Below, piece by piece: positions 1 to 10,153 of a stretch of 64,000 bases of DNA. The stretch's first letter is position 1, and each line of letters opens with the position of its first letter. The stretch spans positions 896,001 to 960,000 of the forward strand of contig CBDCUI010000008.1 in NCBI GenBank assembly GCA_965222615.1, in the 5' to 3' direction. The stretch comes from Gammaproteobacteria bacterium. GTDB taxonomy: Bacteria; Pseudomonadota; Gammaproteobacteria; UBA4575. A program made the position numbers and the translations under genes. The notes under the pieces are model-generated. The model made no database searches, was not told where the DNA came from, and saw only the letters and a list, made by a program, of their open reading frames with translations.

Positions 1-510
1 GGAGAACCACCGGCCACAAAAGGCTACCCACCATCAGTGTTTGCAAAATTGCCTGCACTTGTAGAACGAGCAGGAAATTCGAATGCGCGAGGGGGATCCA
101 TCACTGCATTTTATACAGTGCTGGTAGAAGGAGATGATCATAATGATCCGATTGCAGATGCAACAAGAGCTATTCTTGACGGACATATTACTTTATCAAG
201 AACTTTGGCGGAAGCAGGCCATTTTCCTGCAATTGATGTTGAAGCATCTGTAAGCAGGCTGGTACAGGCTGTATGTAAAGCTGATCAGATTAAAATGGCG
301 CAAAGGTTTAGAGAAATATATTCTCGTTATAAAAAGCATGAAGATATGATCAACCTCGGAGTTTATCAGGAAGGTACTGATCAAAGTATTGATGAAGCAA
401 TACAAATATTTCCTAAGCTAAATAAATTTTTAAGACAAGATATCGGTGAATCCTATGACTTTGAAGAGTCTATTAATGAGATGTCAAATTCAATGCTACT
501 TGATTCATAA
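1..510 (+). CDS. fliI: Flagellar export ATPase FliI (5'-truncated by window edge)
   Basis: Frame open from base 1: GEPPATKGYPPSVF...GSITAFYTVLVEGDD..DPIAD..RAILDGHI, typical of FliI; followed by fliJ/fliK. Confidence 0.95.
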   Translation, partial: GEPPATKGYPPSVFAKLPALVERAGNSNARGGSITAFYTVLVEGDDHNDPIADATRAILDGHITLSRTLAEAGHFPAIDVEASVSRLVQAVCKADQIKMAQRFREIYSRYKKHEDMINLGVYQEGTDQSIDEAIQIFPKLNKFLRQDIGESYDFEESINEMSNSMLLDS

Positions 511-537
511 ATAAATATAAACCTTAAATAGATTGTT

Positions 538-966
538 ATGACACGTTCAGAAAAATTAAATTCTGCTTTAGACCTTTTGGAGTTTAAGCTAAATAAAGAA
601 TTATCAGATCTTGTGGAAATTATGCAGAAAAAGATCGAGAATGAAAAAAAGCTTACAGACTTAATTAACTATAAAAAAATCTATTCGCTGGACAATAATC
701 GCAAAAACCAAACTATTGATAGCATACAGCTAAACCATAAGCTAATGAATAAAATACAAATAGCAATAGATACGCAGTATGATCTTGTTGAAAAAATGAA
801 TAATACAGTTAATGAAAAAATTGAATTATTAAAAAAAGATAGAGCACAAACAAAGGCCCTTGAGTTACTAATTGATCGATATCAAAAACAAGAGATTCAG
901 GCAAAAAATAGGCATGAACAAGAGGAGCTCGATGGCCAAATTCTTGTAAATTTAAAACACCAGTAA
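538..966 (+). CDS. fliJ: Flagellar export protein FliJ
   Basis: 142 aa coiled-coil between fliI and fliK, C-terminal EQEELD motif. Confidence 0.85.
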   Translation: MTRSEKLNSALDLLEFKLNKELSDLVEIMQKKIENEKKLTDLINYKKIYSLDNNRKNQTIDSIQLNHKLMNKIQIAIDTQYDLVEKMNNTVNEKIELLKKDRAQTKALELLIDRYQKQEIQAKNRHEQEELDGQILVNLKHQ

Positions 967-987
967 ACATCACAGCTCTACAATAAT

Positions 988-1003
988 TGGCCTAAAATGT
1001 GCA
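988..1003 (+). promoter_or_regulatory. Putative sigma54 promoter for fliK
   Basis: TGGCCTAAAATGTGCA with GG-N10-GC spacing, 30 bp upstream of the fliK ATG. Confidence 0.55.
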
Positions 1004-1033
1004 TATAGTCTAGTAACAGAAATATTACTAGCT

Positions 1034-2401
1034 ATGTCTGATATACCCTTATTATCAGCTGCTACGGCTTTACCGGCAGCTTTTCTTCAGCCTATACAAG
1101 AAACACCGATATCTTGTGAAAATTGTGTGGCTGCATATGAAAATGGTCTTAATTTAGACGCAAAAAGTAGTTTTTTTGAGTACTTCAGTATTTCGCTAGA
1201 TCAACTTGTACGACAAGAAAGCGGCAAACTATTGCCGAAAGTTGGCGATATTTTTCCGCAGACACTTTTACAACTAAAATCAGACAAGTTGCAGCCTCTT
1301 TTGAAAGAGGCTCCTGATAATTATACCTCTATTGAAAGTGGCTTAGAACAAATACATCAGAAACTCGATGCTGAATTAAGATTAGGGTTATATGATTTAT
1401 TGCAACCGATAAGTAGTTTTGCAGCAAGCAATTTAAATACATTACAAAATACCTTAGATATCGAAACACAGTTAGCAGATTTAGCAACTGACAGTAAAGG
1501 AATTTTGTACAAAGATGTTGACGAGTCAAATTATTATTATCTGCTTCCCCAACAAGGTATAAATACACAGCAACAAATATTAGATGATATTACACTTGAT
1601 GAATCTATAGATTTGCAGAAAACTCCGTCGGCATTAGACAATTCGTTTGGATTGAATCAGAAAACAAGATATCAGTTTCAAGATAAAGTTATTAGTAGTA
1701 ATGAAATTCAAGAAAAGTTATTAAAAGAAGACTACTTTGATCAAGCTGTAGAAGAAAACATCGATTTTGAGCTATTTTCTCAGAAACAATCTATCAATAA
1801 AGAAACAACATATTCAGCTTTATCTACTTATAAGACAAGCCCAAACTCTCAATATATAAATCCAATTTTACCACATGATTCAAATCAACGAGTTAGCATG
1901 GCTAATCCGACATCGTCGACTCATGATTTAGCATCATCAATACTAAAGCAAAATATTCATGATAATTTTGAGCTTATTAATCAAAATAATGAACAATCGT
2001 TAAATCAAAATATTAAATGGTTAATCAACAACAAAATACAAAACGCAAAGATTAATCTATATCCTGAGTCCTTGGGACACATAAATGTATCACTTAGCCT
2101 AGATGATACAAAGCTAACAATCAATTTCATAGCTAGCAATATTACTGCTAGAGAAGTAATTGAAACAAATTTGTCTAATTTGAGGGAGCAGCTTAATGAA
2201 AGTGGAATTGATTTAAAAGAAGCGACAGTTAGCGATTATTTTTTAAGTGATGATAACTACGCGCAAAATCCAGAGGATAATTTTCTTGATTCAGAAAAGT
2301 CTACAGATATAGCTTCGTTGGTCAATATTGAAGACGTAAGTGGTCATGAAGATATTAAACGTGAGTTACATACGTCTTACCTTGTTGATGCATACGTGTA
2401 A
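1034..2401 (+). CDS. fliK: Flagellar hook-length control protein FliK
   Basis: Low-complexity N-terminal part, C-terminal AKINLYPESLGHINV...L.EQL...GI.L domain, ends LVDAYV. Confidence 0.85.
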   Translation: MSDIPLLSAATALPAAFLQPIQETPISCENCVAAYENGLNLDAKSSFFEYFSISLDQLVRQESGKLLPKVGDIFPQTLLQLKSDKLQPLLKEAPDNYTSIESGLEQIHQKLDAELRLGLYDLLQPISSFAASNLNTLQNTLDIETQLADLATDSKGILYKDVDESNYYYLLPQQGINTQQQILDDITLDESIDLQKTPSALDNSFGLNQKTRYQFQDKVISSNEIQEKLLKEDYFDQAVEENIDFELFSQKQSINKETTYSALSTYKTSPNSQYINPILPHDSNQRVSMANPTSSTHDLASSILKQNIHDNFELINQNNEQSLNQNIKWLINNKIQNAKINLYPESLGHINVSLSLDDTKLTINFIASNITAREVIETNLSNLREQLNESGIDLKEATVSDYFLSDDNYAQNPEDNFLDSEKSTDIASLVNIEDVSGHEDIKRELHTSYLVDAYV

Positions 2402-2434
2402 TTGCCTACCTATATCATAATTAAAACTTAATGT

Positions 2435-2489
2435 ATCAATTCTTTGACGTTTCACGTCAGACCTCTATTCATTTAGTCAATTTATTGGC
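2435..2489. promoter_or_regulatory. Two FleQ/FlrA-like 14-bp boxes
   Basis: ATCAATTCTTTGAC (2435-2448) and GTCAATTTATTGGC (2476-2489) resemble the GTCAnTAAATTGAC FleQ consensus, upstream of a sigma54 promoter. Confidence 0.55.
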
Positions 2490-2551
2490 ATGTGATTTTT
2501 ATAGCATTCCCAAGTGCATGTTTTATAAGAATAAAATGGTAATACAAAATA

Positions 2552-2567
2552 TGGCACGTTGGTTGCA
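2552..2567 (+). promoter_or_regulatory. sigma54 promoter of the fliL operon
   Basis: TGGCACGTTGGTTGCA matches TGGCAC-N5-TTGCA exactly. Confidence 0.85.
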
Positions 2568-2611
2568 ATACATTTTATAGAACGTCAAAAGATAACCATA
2601 GAGGGTTGCAA

Positions 2612-3073
2612 ATGAAAAAAATTATTATTTTTGCAGTTGTGGGATTGGTATTAGTTGCAGGTGGGATAGGTGGAGCATTATTTTTCTTGAAATCTCCAGA
2701 ACCTTCTGAAGAAGAAAAAATGGCAGAAGAAGAAATGATGGAGCCAGGTATCAAGGATGCTATTTATGAGGACATTCATCCAGCATTTACAGTGAATTTT
2801 ATTGATGGGTCTAAGAAGAAATTTATGCAAATTTATATGGTTGCAATGTTTTATGACATGGACTCAAGAGACGCATTTAAAATGCATATTCCTGTTATTA
2901 GAAACAACATACTTTTGTTACTAAGTGGCAAAAAAAGTGATGATCTTGAATCAGCTGATGCCAAAGAACAAATGCGAAAAGATGTTTTACAAGAAACACA
3001 GAAAGTAATGCAAGAACGCTATGGAGAAAATATAGTCGAGGATATTTTCTTCACTAAATTGGTAATGCAGTAA
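2612..3073 (+). CDS. fliL: Flagellar basal body protein FliL
   Basis: N-terminal TM helix, FTVNF...P.IRN..L.LLS motif, ends FFTKLVMQ. Confidence 0.9.
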   Translation: MKKIIIFAVVGLVLVAGGIGGALFFLKSPEPSEEEKMAEEEMMEPGIKDAIYEDIHPAFTVNFIDGSKKKFMQIYMVAMFYDMDSRDAFKMHIPVIRNNILLLLSGKKSDDLESADAKEQMRKDVLQETQKVMQERYGENIVEDIFFTKLVMQ

Positions 3074-3108
3074 AATTATATAGTGTGAATAATAAGTAGA
3101 AATAACTG

Positions 3109-4221
3109 ATGGCATCCACGAATCCAAAAGAAAAACAAGAAGAACAAAAGGTTGATGAACCTGCAGAAGAAATAACGGCTGAAAGTGATTCTAATACAAG
3201 TAATGAAGAATGGGATGGTAAGGAAAGAAGGTCAGCCGATCGACCTTGGGGCGATAGGGACAGCCAAGAACAAATATTAAGCAGTGAAGAACGAGAAGCA
3301 TTATCGGGTGATATTGAAGAATTAAGTGATTCTGCTGGCGTTTCAAGTTACGACTTCTATTCACCTGCCCACATAAATATATCAAATTTTCCAGCATTAG
3401 CGGTTATTAATGAAAGAGTTGTTGATGTGCTGGAAAGTAAACTTAGTGATTTATTTCAGCGTGATATAGAAGTTGCTGCCGATCAAATAGATATATCTAA
3501 ATATGGCGAATTTATAAGTTCGCTACCTAATTTAGTAGACGTAAATCAAATAAAAGTTACTAATGTTGAGGCAGTTGCGTTGTTAAGTGTTGATGGAGCT
3601 TTGATCGAAGTGTTAATGGATGCATATTTTGGTGGTGAGGGGAAATTATATGATGCAGTTGAAAAAGATACCTTAACACCTGCTGAACAAAATCTCAGCA
3701 ACAAGTTAATAGATTTATTTATAGATTCAAATAGACAAGCATGGCAGAAAGTGGAACAACTAGACTTTGAGATTATACAAAGAGAAGCACAACCAAGACT
3801 TATAAATTTAATCGAAGACTCTGAATTAATTGTTGTATGCAAATTTAGAATAACACTGGGGGAAGAATCAAGTTTCATTAGAATTGCATATCCTTATAAG
3901 TCGCTAGAACCCCTAAAAAATGTATTGAGAAGCGTGGTATCTGAACAGAATGAAGAAAGTAACGCGCAGTGGAAAAATCAAATATTTAATAGTCTGAAAG
4001 CCGTGCCAATAGAATTGAATACTGTACTCGCAGAGTTTGATTTATCTGTGGGTCAAGTTACTAAATTAAAAAAAGGTGATGTTATTCCTTTTATTATGCC
4101 CGAATCAGTTACTGTCTATTCATCTTCTACACCCATATTTAAAGGAAAAGTTGGTGCCATAAATGATGCAGTAGCAATCAGGATAGATAAGTGGATAAAC
4201 AGACCGGACATTAAAAAATAA
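3109..4221 (+). CDS. fliM: Flagellar motor switch protein FliM (with N-terminal extension)
   Basis: YDF...FPAL..INER, YFGG.G, C-terminal SpoA-like domain; located between fliL and fliN. Confidence 0.9.
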   Translation: MASTNPKEKQEEQKVDEPAEEITAESDSNTSNEEWDGKERRSADRPWGDRDSQEQILSSEEREALSGDIEELSDSAGVSSYDFYSPAHINISNFPALAVINERVVDVLESKLSDLFQRDIEVAADQIDISKYGEFISSLPNLVDVNQIKVTNVEAVALLSVDGALIEVLMDAYFGGEGKLYDAVEKDTLTPAEQNLSNKLIDLFIDSNRQAWQKVEQLDFEIIQREAQPRLINLIEDSELIVVCKFRITLGEESSFIRIAYPYKSLEPLKNVLRSVVSEQNEESNAQWKNQIFNSLKAVPIELNTVLAEFDLSVGQVTKLKKGDVIPFIMPESVTVYSSSTPIFKGKVGAINDAVAIRIDKWINRPDIKK

Positions 4222-4236
4222 ATATAGGTAAATCTT

Positions 4237-4596
4237 ATGGTTGAACAAACGACTAATCCAGATGTAACTGACTCAGAAAATAACGGAAGTGATAGCAGTG
4301 TTACTACAAACACAGTGCAAGGAACAAACAATTTAGACGTTGTTCTGAATATTCCAGTTGATGTCTCATTAGAGCTTGGTCGAGCAAGTGTAGATTTAAA
4401 AAACTTAATTGATTTGAGTCAGGGTTCAGTAATTGAATTAAACCGATTGGTTGATGAACCAGTAGATGTTTTAGTTAATGGTTGTCTAGTAGCTAAGGCT
4501 GAGGTTGTGGTAGTTGAAAATAAATTTGGTGCTCGAATAACTGATATTGTAAGCCCAGAAAAGCGTGTAGAAAAACTCAAAAATAATGAAAGTTAA
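4237..4596 (+). CDS. fliN: Flagellar motor switch protein FliN
   Basis: NLDVVLNIPVDVSLELG...GSVIEL...EPVDVLVNG...EVVVV..KFG.RITDI. Confidence 0.95.
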   Translation: MVEQTTNPDVTDSENNGSDSSVTTNTVQGTNNLDVVLNIPVDVSLELGRASVDLKNLIDLSQGSVIELNRLVDEPVDVLVNGCLVAKAEVVVVENKFGARITDIVSPEKRVEKLKNNES

Positions 4597-5047
4597 AAAA
4601 TATATTTTTTGGTTGACCGTATTAGTCACCTTCACAGCTTTTGCATCAATAGCAAACGCTGAAGAAAACGTTTTAGGTAATGGTGTTACTGATACTTCAT
4701 TTAGCAATCACATAATTGATTATGGTCGTGTTATTTATGGGACGCTTATAGTTTTTATTATTTTAGGCATTTTAATATTTCTAGCAAAAAAAACACGTAT
4801 TAATAGTTCTGGAAAGTATGATCTGATTGAAGTAGTAAATAGTCATGCAATATCAACTAAGGATAAATTATTGGTTATACGTGCAGGTCAGGAATATTTG
4901 CTAATAGGGGTATCAAATGCTGGCATGAATAAACTGCATACACTAAGTATGAACGAAATAGAACAGAATATTTGTAAATATAAATCGCAAACTAAAAACT
5001 TTTCAAGTATTTACGCTACAACTATAGGCAAGATACGCAATGCTTAA
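4586..5047 (+). CDS. fliO: Flagellar biosynthesis protein FliO
   Basis: TM segment followed by a [19 protein letters not shown] motif; lies between fliN and fliP. Confidence 0.8.
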   Translation: MKVKKYIFWLTVLVTFTAFASIANAEENVLGNGVTDTSFSNHIIDYGRVIYGTLIVFIILGILIFLAKKTRINSSGKYDLIEVVNSHAISTKDKLLVIRAGQEYLLIGVSNAGMNKLHTLSMNEIEQNICKYKSQTKNFSSIYATTIGKIRNA

Positions 5048-5780
5048 AAAATATCTATTTCTACTATTATTTCTTGTAAGTCCTGATTTATTTGCTCAAG
5101 CTGGATTTCCAGCCTTGACTATTGAATCAACCCAAACTGGTGGTCAAGCGTACTCATTAAGCTTACAAGTACTGCTATTAATGACAGCTATTACAGTTTT
5201 ACCTGGACTATTGCTCACGATGACATCATTTACTCGAATTATCATTGTGCTAGCAATTTTGAGACAAGCATTAGGTACAGCACAAACTCCTTCTAATCAA
5301 ATACTACTTGGGTTGGCGCTGTTCATTACATTCTTTGTTATGGCTCCAGTGATAACGGAGACATACACGGATGCAGTTAAACCATATATGAATGAGGAAA
5401 TGGATGCACAGGCTGCAATTAACCATGCCATAGAACCATTTAAGGAATTTATGATTTCTCAAACGCGTGAAACAGATGTGGCATTATTTTCAGAATTATC
5501 AGGTAACACCGAAATTGAAATACCTGAGGAGATATCTTTATCTGTTTTATTGCCTGCATTTGTAACGAGCGAGTTAAAAACCGCGTTTCAAATTGGTTTT
5601 ATTTTGTTTATTCCTTTTTTAATTATAGATTTGGTTGTTGCTAGTGTGCTTATGTCAATGGGTATGATGATGTTGTCACCATTGATAATATCTTTACCAT
5701 TTAAATTGATGTTGTTTGTTTTAGTGGATGGTTGGTCATTAGTGCTTGGTATGCTTGCATCAAGTTTCTACATAAGTTGA
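5040..5780 (+). CDS. fliP: Flagellar export gate FliP
   Basis: [53 protein letters not shown]. Confidence 0.97.
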   Translation: MLKKYLFLLLFLVSPDLFAQAGFPALTIESTQTGGQAYSLSLQVLLLMTAITVLPGLLLTMTSFTRIIIVLAILRQALGTAQTPSNQILLGLALFITFFVMAPVITETYTDAVKPYMNEEMDAQAAINHAIEPFKEFMISQTRETDVALFSELSGNTEIEIPEEISLSVLLPAFVTSELKTAFQIGFILFIPFLIIDLVVASVLMSMGMMMLSPLIISLPFKLMLFVLVDGWSLVLGMLASSFYIS

Positions 5781-5791
5781 CGAAGGGCGAT

Positions 5792-6061
5792 ATGACGCCA
5801 GAAGCCACCATCACGCTGTTAAATAACGCACTATGGATTACAGTAATGGTAGCAGCGCCTATTCTAATTTCTGTATTAGTAATTGGTGTAATTATTGGAA
5901 TGTTGCAAGCAGCTACACAAATAAACGAAATGACACTTAGCTTTATTCCAAAGCTTGTAATTCTATTTGTTGTACTTCTTATTGCAGGACCTTGGATTTT
6001 AAATACTTTGGTTAATTATACTACTACGTTATTTTCAAATATACCAGGCTTCCTTATATAG
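5792..6061 (+). CDS. fliQ: Flagellar export gate FliQ
   Basis: MTPE... start at ATG 5792; QAATQINEMTLSFIPKL motif. Confidence 0.95.
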   Translation: MTPEATITLLNNALWITVMVAAPILISVLVIGVIIGMLQAATQINEMTLSFIPKLVILFVVLLIAGPWILNTLVNYTTTLFSNIPGFLI

Positions 6062-6065
6062 AATT

Positions 6066-6833
6066 ATGGTTTTACAAATACAAGCGATATTTGCAAGTAT
6101 CAGTGAGTTTATTTTTCCATTTACGCGCATTGCTGCATTATTTAGTGTTGCACCAGTTATAAGTAGTCCATTTATTCCACTAAGAATAAAAGTTGCGATT
6201 GCATTTGTTCTTACAATATTCATACTGCCACTTCAAGAGACCGCCTCTTCACTAGATATTTTTACCGCTAATGGCTTATTACAGATTGGTATTCAGCTGT
6301 TAATAGGATTATCAATGGGGTTCATACTACGTTTAGTATTTAATGCGCTTACTATTGCTGGTGAAAATATAGCTGTCACAATGGGCCTGGGTTTTGCGCA
6401 AATAACAGATCCAGTAAATGGTGTAACTGTGCCTATTATTAGCCAATTTTTAACTATTGTAGCTACATTACTGTTTTTATCATTTGATGGGCACTTAGCG
6501 TTGATAAATATGGTATTCAATAGTTTTATTTATATACCAGTTGGTAGCTCAATATTTCAGTTGAACGCAATTTGGAATGTAGCGGCATGGGCAACAAATA
6601 TGTTTTCAGGTGCGCTCATGGTAGCTATACCTGCTGTAACCGCGCTGTTGATTGCTAACTCAGCTTTGGCATTAATGACTCGCGCAGCTCCACAATTAAA
6701 TGTTTTCTCCGTAGGTTTTCCGATAACCATATTATTAGGATTGACCGCAGTTGCACTAATTCTTCCTAATGTATCTGTTGTGTTTCAAAATTTAATATCT
6801 TCAGCATTTGATCAGATGCCATTTATATACTAA
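6066..6833 (+). CDS. fliR: Flagellar export gate FliR
   Basis: MGLGFA..DP.NG, RAAPQLNVFSVGFPI motifs. Confidence 0.95.
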   Translation: MVLQIQAIFASISEFIFPFTRIAALFSVAPVISSPFIPLRIKVAIAFVLTIFILPLQETASSLDIFTANGLLQIGIQLLIGLSMGFILRLVFNALTIAGENIAVTMGLGFAQITDPVNGVTVPIISQFLTIVATLLFLSFDGHLALINMVFNSFIYIPVGSSIFQLNAIWNVAAWATNMFSGALMVAIPAVTALLIANSALALMTRAAPQLNVFSVGFPITILLGLTAVALILPNVSVVFQNLISSAFDQMPFIY

Positions 6834-6848
6834 AAGAGATTAGAAAAA

Positions 6849-7976
6849 ATGGCAGAACAAAGTAATCAACAAGAACGTACTCAGGAACCTACGCAGAAAA
6901 GACTACAAGATGCACGTGAAAAAGGGCAAATACCTCGATCACGTGAGTTAAATACAATGTTGGTAACTTTTACTGGTGCATGTGGCCTCATATTTATGAG
7001 TAATCCCATTTCAAATACACTACAAGAAATATTTTTACAAAATTATCAGCTTACGTTACCTGTAGTTCTTGATAAGAACTATATCCTTAAATATTTTTCA
7101 TTAAGCAGTAGTTCAGCATTATTAACACTGGCTCCGTTTTTCACATTAATGTTTATTATTGCATTGTTTGGACCTATGTCTATTGGTGGCATGTCTATTT
7201 CTATGAATGCTATGTCATTTAAATTTAGTCGACTAAGCCCCATTGCAGGTTTAAAACGCATGTTTGGATTGCGTGGTTTAGTGGAGCTTGTCAAGTCGCT
7301 AGCAAAAGTCGCATTAATAGGCTCTATTGTTCTGATTCTATTAAAACTATTTATGTTTGATATTTTGGGCACAGGTCTTGAGCCAGTTAATAATAGCGTT
7401 GAACATGCATACAGGTTAATTTTATTAATTTTTACAATTTCATCTGCAGGCTTAATAGCAATTGCGGTTATTGATGTCCCTTATCAAATTTGGCAACACC
7501 ATCGACAATTGCGAATGACACTACAAGAAGTAAAAGACGAAATGAAACAAACTGAGGGAAATCCCGAGAACAAGGGTAGGTTGCGGAATTTACAAAGAGA
7601 ACTTGCACAAAAAAGGATGATGGAAGCAATACCTGATGCGGATGTAATCGTTACAAATCCGACCCATTTTGCCGTAGCATTAAAATATGATGTTGAAAAA
7701 AGTAATGCACCGATAGTGATTGCAAAAGGTGTAGATTACTTAGCAGAGAAAATAAAGGAAATTGCTGCATATCATAAAGTTAATATTTTTTGTGCACCAG
7801 CGTTGGCACGCGCTATTTATTTTAGTACTGAATTGGATAAGGAGATACCGTCAGGATTATATATTGCAGTTGCAAAAGTTCTTGCATATGTGCATCAATT
7901 AAAGAAAGCAGTACCTGGTCAATATCCAAATCCTCCGACTGAATTCGAAATACCGAGCGAATATCAAACGAGTTAG
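6849..7976 (+). CDS. flhB: Flagellar export protein FlhB
   Basis: ERTQEPT.KRL..AREKGQ; NPTH autocleavage motif. Confidence 0.97.
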   Translation: MAEQSNQQERTQEPTQKRLQDAREKGQIPRSRELNTMLVTFTGACGLIFMSNPISNTLQEIFLQNYQLTLPVVLDKNYILKYFSLSSSSALLTLAPFFTLMFIIALFGPMSIGGMSISMNAMSFKFSRLSPIAGLKRMFGLRGLVELVKSLAKVALIGSIVLILLKLFMFDILGTGLEPVNNSVEHAYRLILLIFTISSAGLIAIAVIDVPYQIWQHHRQLRMTLQEVKDEMKQTEGNPENKGRLRNLQRELAQKRMMEAIPDADVIVTNPTHFAVALKYDVEKSNAPIVIAKGVDYLAEKIKEIAAYHKVNIFCAPALARAIYFSTELDKEIPSGLYIAVAKVLAYVHQLKKAVPGQYPNPPTEFEIPSEYQTS

Positions 7977-7991
7977 TGAATAGAAATTAAA

Positions 7992-10106
7992 ATGAATTGG
8001 GATAACTTCTTAATAACTGTTAGGGAACTAGGCAAAAATGGTCTAGGAACGCCGTTATTGCTAGTGGTCATGTTTAGTATGATGATTATCCCATTACCAC
8101 CATTTGCACTAGATACCTTATTTACATTCAATATAGCTTTAGCACTAATTATTATATTAGTAAGCATCTATACTTTGCGTCCTCTTGACTTTGCTGTATT
8201 TCCGACTGTGCTGCTAATTGCAACCATGATGAGGCTCGCTCTTAATGTGGCATCGACACGAGTCGTATTACTGAATGGACATACTGGAACGAGTGCAGCA
8301 GGAAGTGTAATTGAATCTTTTGGTAATTTTGTAGTGGGTGGCAACTATGCCGTTGGCTTTGTAGTGTTTGCAATTTTAGTGATTATTAATTTTGTAGTAG
8401 TGACAAAAGGTGCGGGAAGAGTATCGGAAGTCAGTGCACGTTTTACTCTAGACGCAATGCCCGGCAAACAAATGGCAATAGATGCTGATTTAAATTCAGG
8501 CTTAATTTCACAGGAAGAAGCCCTCAAACGCAGAGAGGATATATCAAGAGAGGCAGATTTTTATGGGTCTATGGATGGTGCAAGTAAGTTTGTCCGTGGT
8601 GATGCAATAGCAGGTATTTTGATAATCCTTATCAATATTATAGGTGGTTTAGCTGTAGGAATAGGTCAGCACAATCTCAGTTTAGAAGTTGCTACTCAGA
8701 ATTATATTTTACTTTCAATTGGTGACGGACTGGTTGCACAAATTCCTTCATTACTATTATCTACTGCAACTGCAATTATTGTTACTCGTGTTTCTGCATC
8801 TCATAACATGGCACAAATTGTAATTAGCCAAATGTTTAATGATAAGCGTGTATTAAGAGTAACAGCAATAATTATTGGAAGTATGGGCTTAATTCCGGGT
8901 ATGCCTAACATTGTATTTTTAAGCTTGGCAATAATTGTTGCAGGCTTGTCATATTGGGTGCCACGAGAGACAGAAATAAGTACTGAATTAGAAAAAGAAG
9001 AAACGGCAGAAGAGACACCTTCAGAAGATCTAGAACTAGGTTGGCATGATATGCATCCCGTAGATGTTATTCGATTGGAAGTGGGATATCGCTTAATTTC
9101 ACTTGTGGATAAGAAACAACAAGGTGAATTAATTGGAAGAATTAAAGGCGTACGTAGGAAGGTTTCGCAAGATCTTGGCTTTTTAATTCAGCCTGTACAT
9201 ATCCGTGACAACTTGGATTTAGCGTCTAACCATTATCGTATTGTTATTCAAGGTGTTATAGAAGGAGAAGGGGAGATTTATATCGATAAAGAGCTGGCTA
9301 TCAATCCTGGTAATGCTAGCGGAAAAATTGATGGAATCAAGACTAAAGATCCCGCTTTTGAAATGGATGCAATATGGATTGAACCAAGTCAAAGAGATCA
9401 AGCCCAGACATTAGGTTACACCGTAGTGGATCCTAGTACTGTCATTGCTACGCATTTAAGTAAAGTCTTGCGTGAAAATGCACACTACTTCTTAGGCTAT
9501 GAAGAAACTAAAAGATTATTAGATAAATTGGCGGAACAATCCCCACAATTAGTTGAAGATTTAGTGCCTAAAATCCTACCAATGAGCACTGTAGTTAAAG
9601 TACTACAGAACTTGTTACAAGAAGGCGTGCCAATCAAAGATATTCGTACAATCGTTGAAACTTTGGCGGATGCTGCGAATAACAGTCAAGATTCTGACAT
9701 TTTAACTGCAATAACTCGAGCAGCTTTGCGTAGAGCAATCGTTCAGGAAATCAATGGGATGCGTAAAGATCTTTCGGTGTTCACACTTTCGCCGAAGTTG
9801 GAACAGTTATTGCAGAAAGCTATACATGAAGGTCCGGAAAGCAATTATGCATTGGAGCCCACATTGGCAAGCCGTATTCAAGAGTCAGTACGCGATTTGG
9901 CACAACAACAAGAGGCTGTTGGGTTGCCGCCGGTATTGCTTGTTACTAATAGTCTAAGGGCAATGCTTTCGAAGTTATTTAGAACAAGTATTAAAAGCTT
10001 ATATGTATTGTCATTTGATGAAATACCCGAAAACAAAATTATAAATGTGGTTGCAAGTATTGGTGAGCAACATGATTCGATGTCAGATTTAGTAACTGCA
10101 GTTTAA
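7992..10106 (+). CDS. flhA: Flagellar export protein FlhA
   Basis: RVSEVSARFTLDAMPGKQMAIDADL, FYGSMDGASKFVRGDA. Confidence 0.98.
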   Translation: MNWDNFLITVRELGKNGLGTPLLLVVMFSMMIIPLPPFALDTLFTFNIALALIIILVSIYTLRPLDFAVFPTVLLIATMMRLALNVASTRVVLLNGHTGTSAAGSVIESFGNFVVGGNYAVGFVVFAILVIINFVVVTKGAGRVSEVSARFTLDAMPGKQMAIDADLNSGLISQEEALKRREDISREADFYGSMDGASKFVRGDAIAGILIILINIIGGLAVGIGQHNLSLEVATQNYILLSIGDGLVAQIPSLLLSTATAIIVTRVSASHNMAQIVISQMFNDKRVLRVTAIIIGSMGLIPGMPNIVFLSLAIIVAGLSYWVPRETEISTELEKEETAEETPSEDLELGWHDMHPVDVIRLEVGYRLISLVDKKQQGELIGRIKGVRRKVSQDLGFLIQPVHIRDNLDLASNHYRIVIQGVIEGEGEIYIDKELAINPGNASGKIDGIKTKDPAFEMDAIWIEPSQRDQAQTLGYTVVDPSTVIATHLSKVLRENAHYFLGYEETKRLLDKLAEQSPQLVEDLVPKILPMSTVVKVLQNLLQEGVPIKDIRTIVETLADAANNSQDSDILTAITRAALRRAIVQEINGMRKDLSVFTLSPKLEQLLQKAIHEGPESNYALEPTLASRIQESVRDLAQQQEAVGLPPVLLVTNSLRAMLSKLFRTSIKSLYVLSFDEIPENKIINVVASIGEQHDSMSDLVTAV

Positions 10107-10153
10107 TGAGTATATTTAGTGTGTGAATTAGTTAACTTAAGAAAAAAGTAAGA

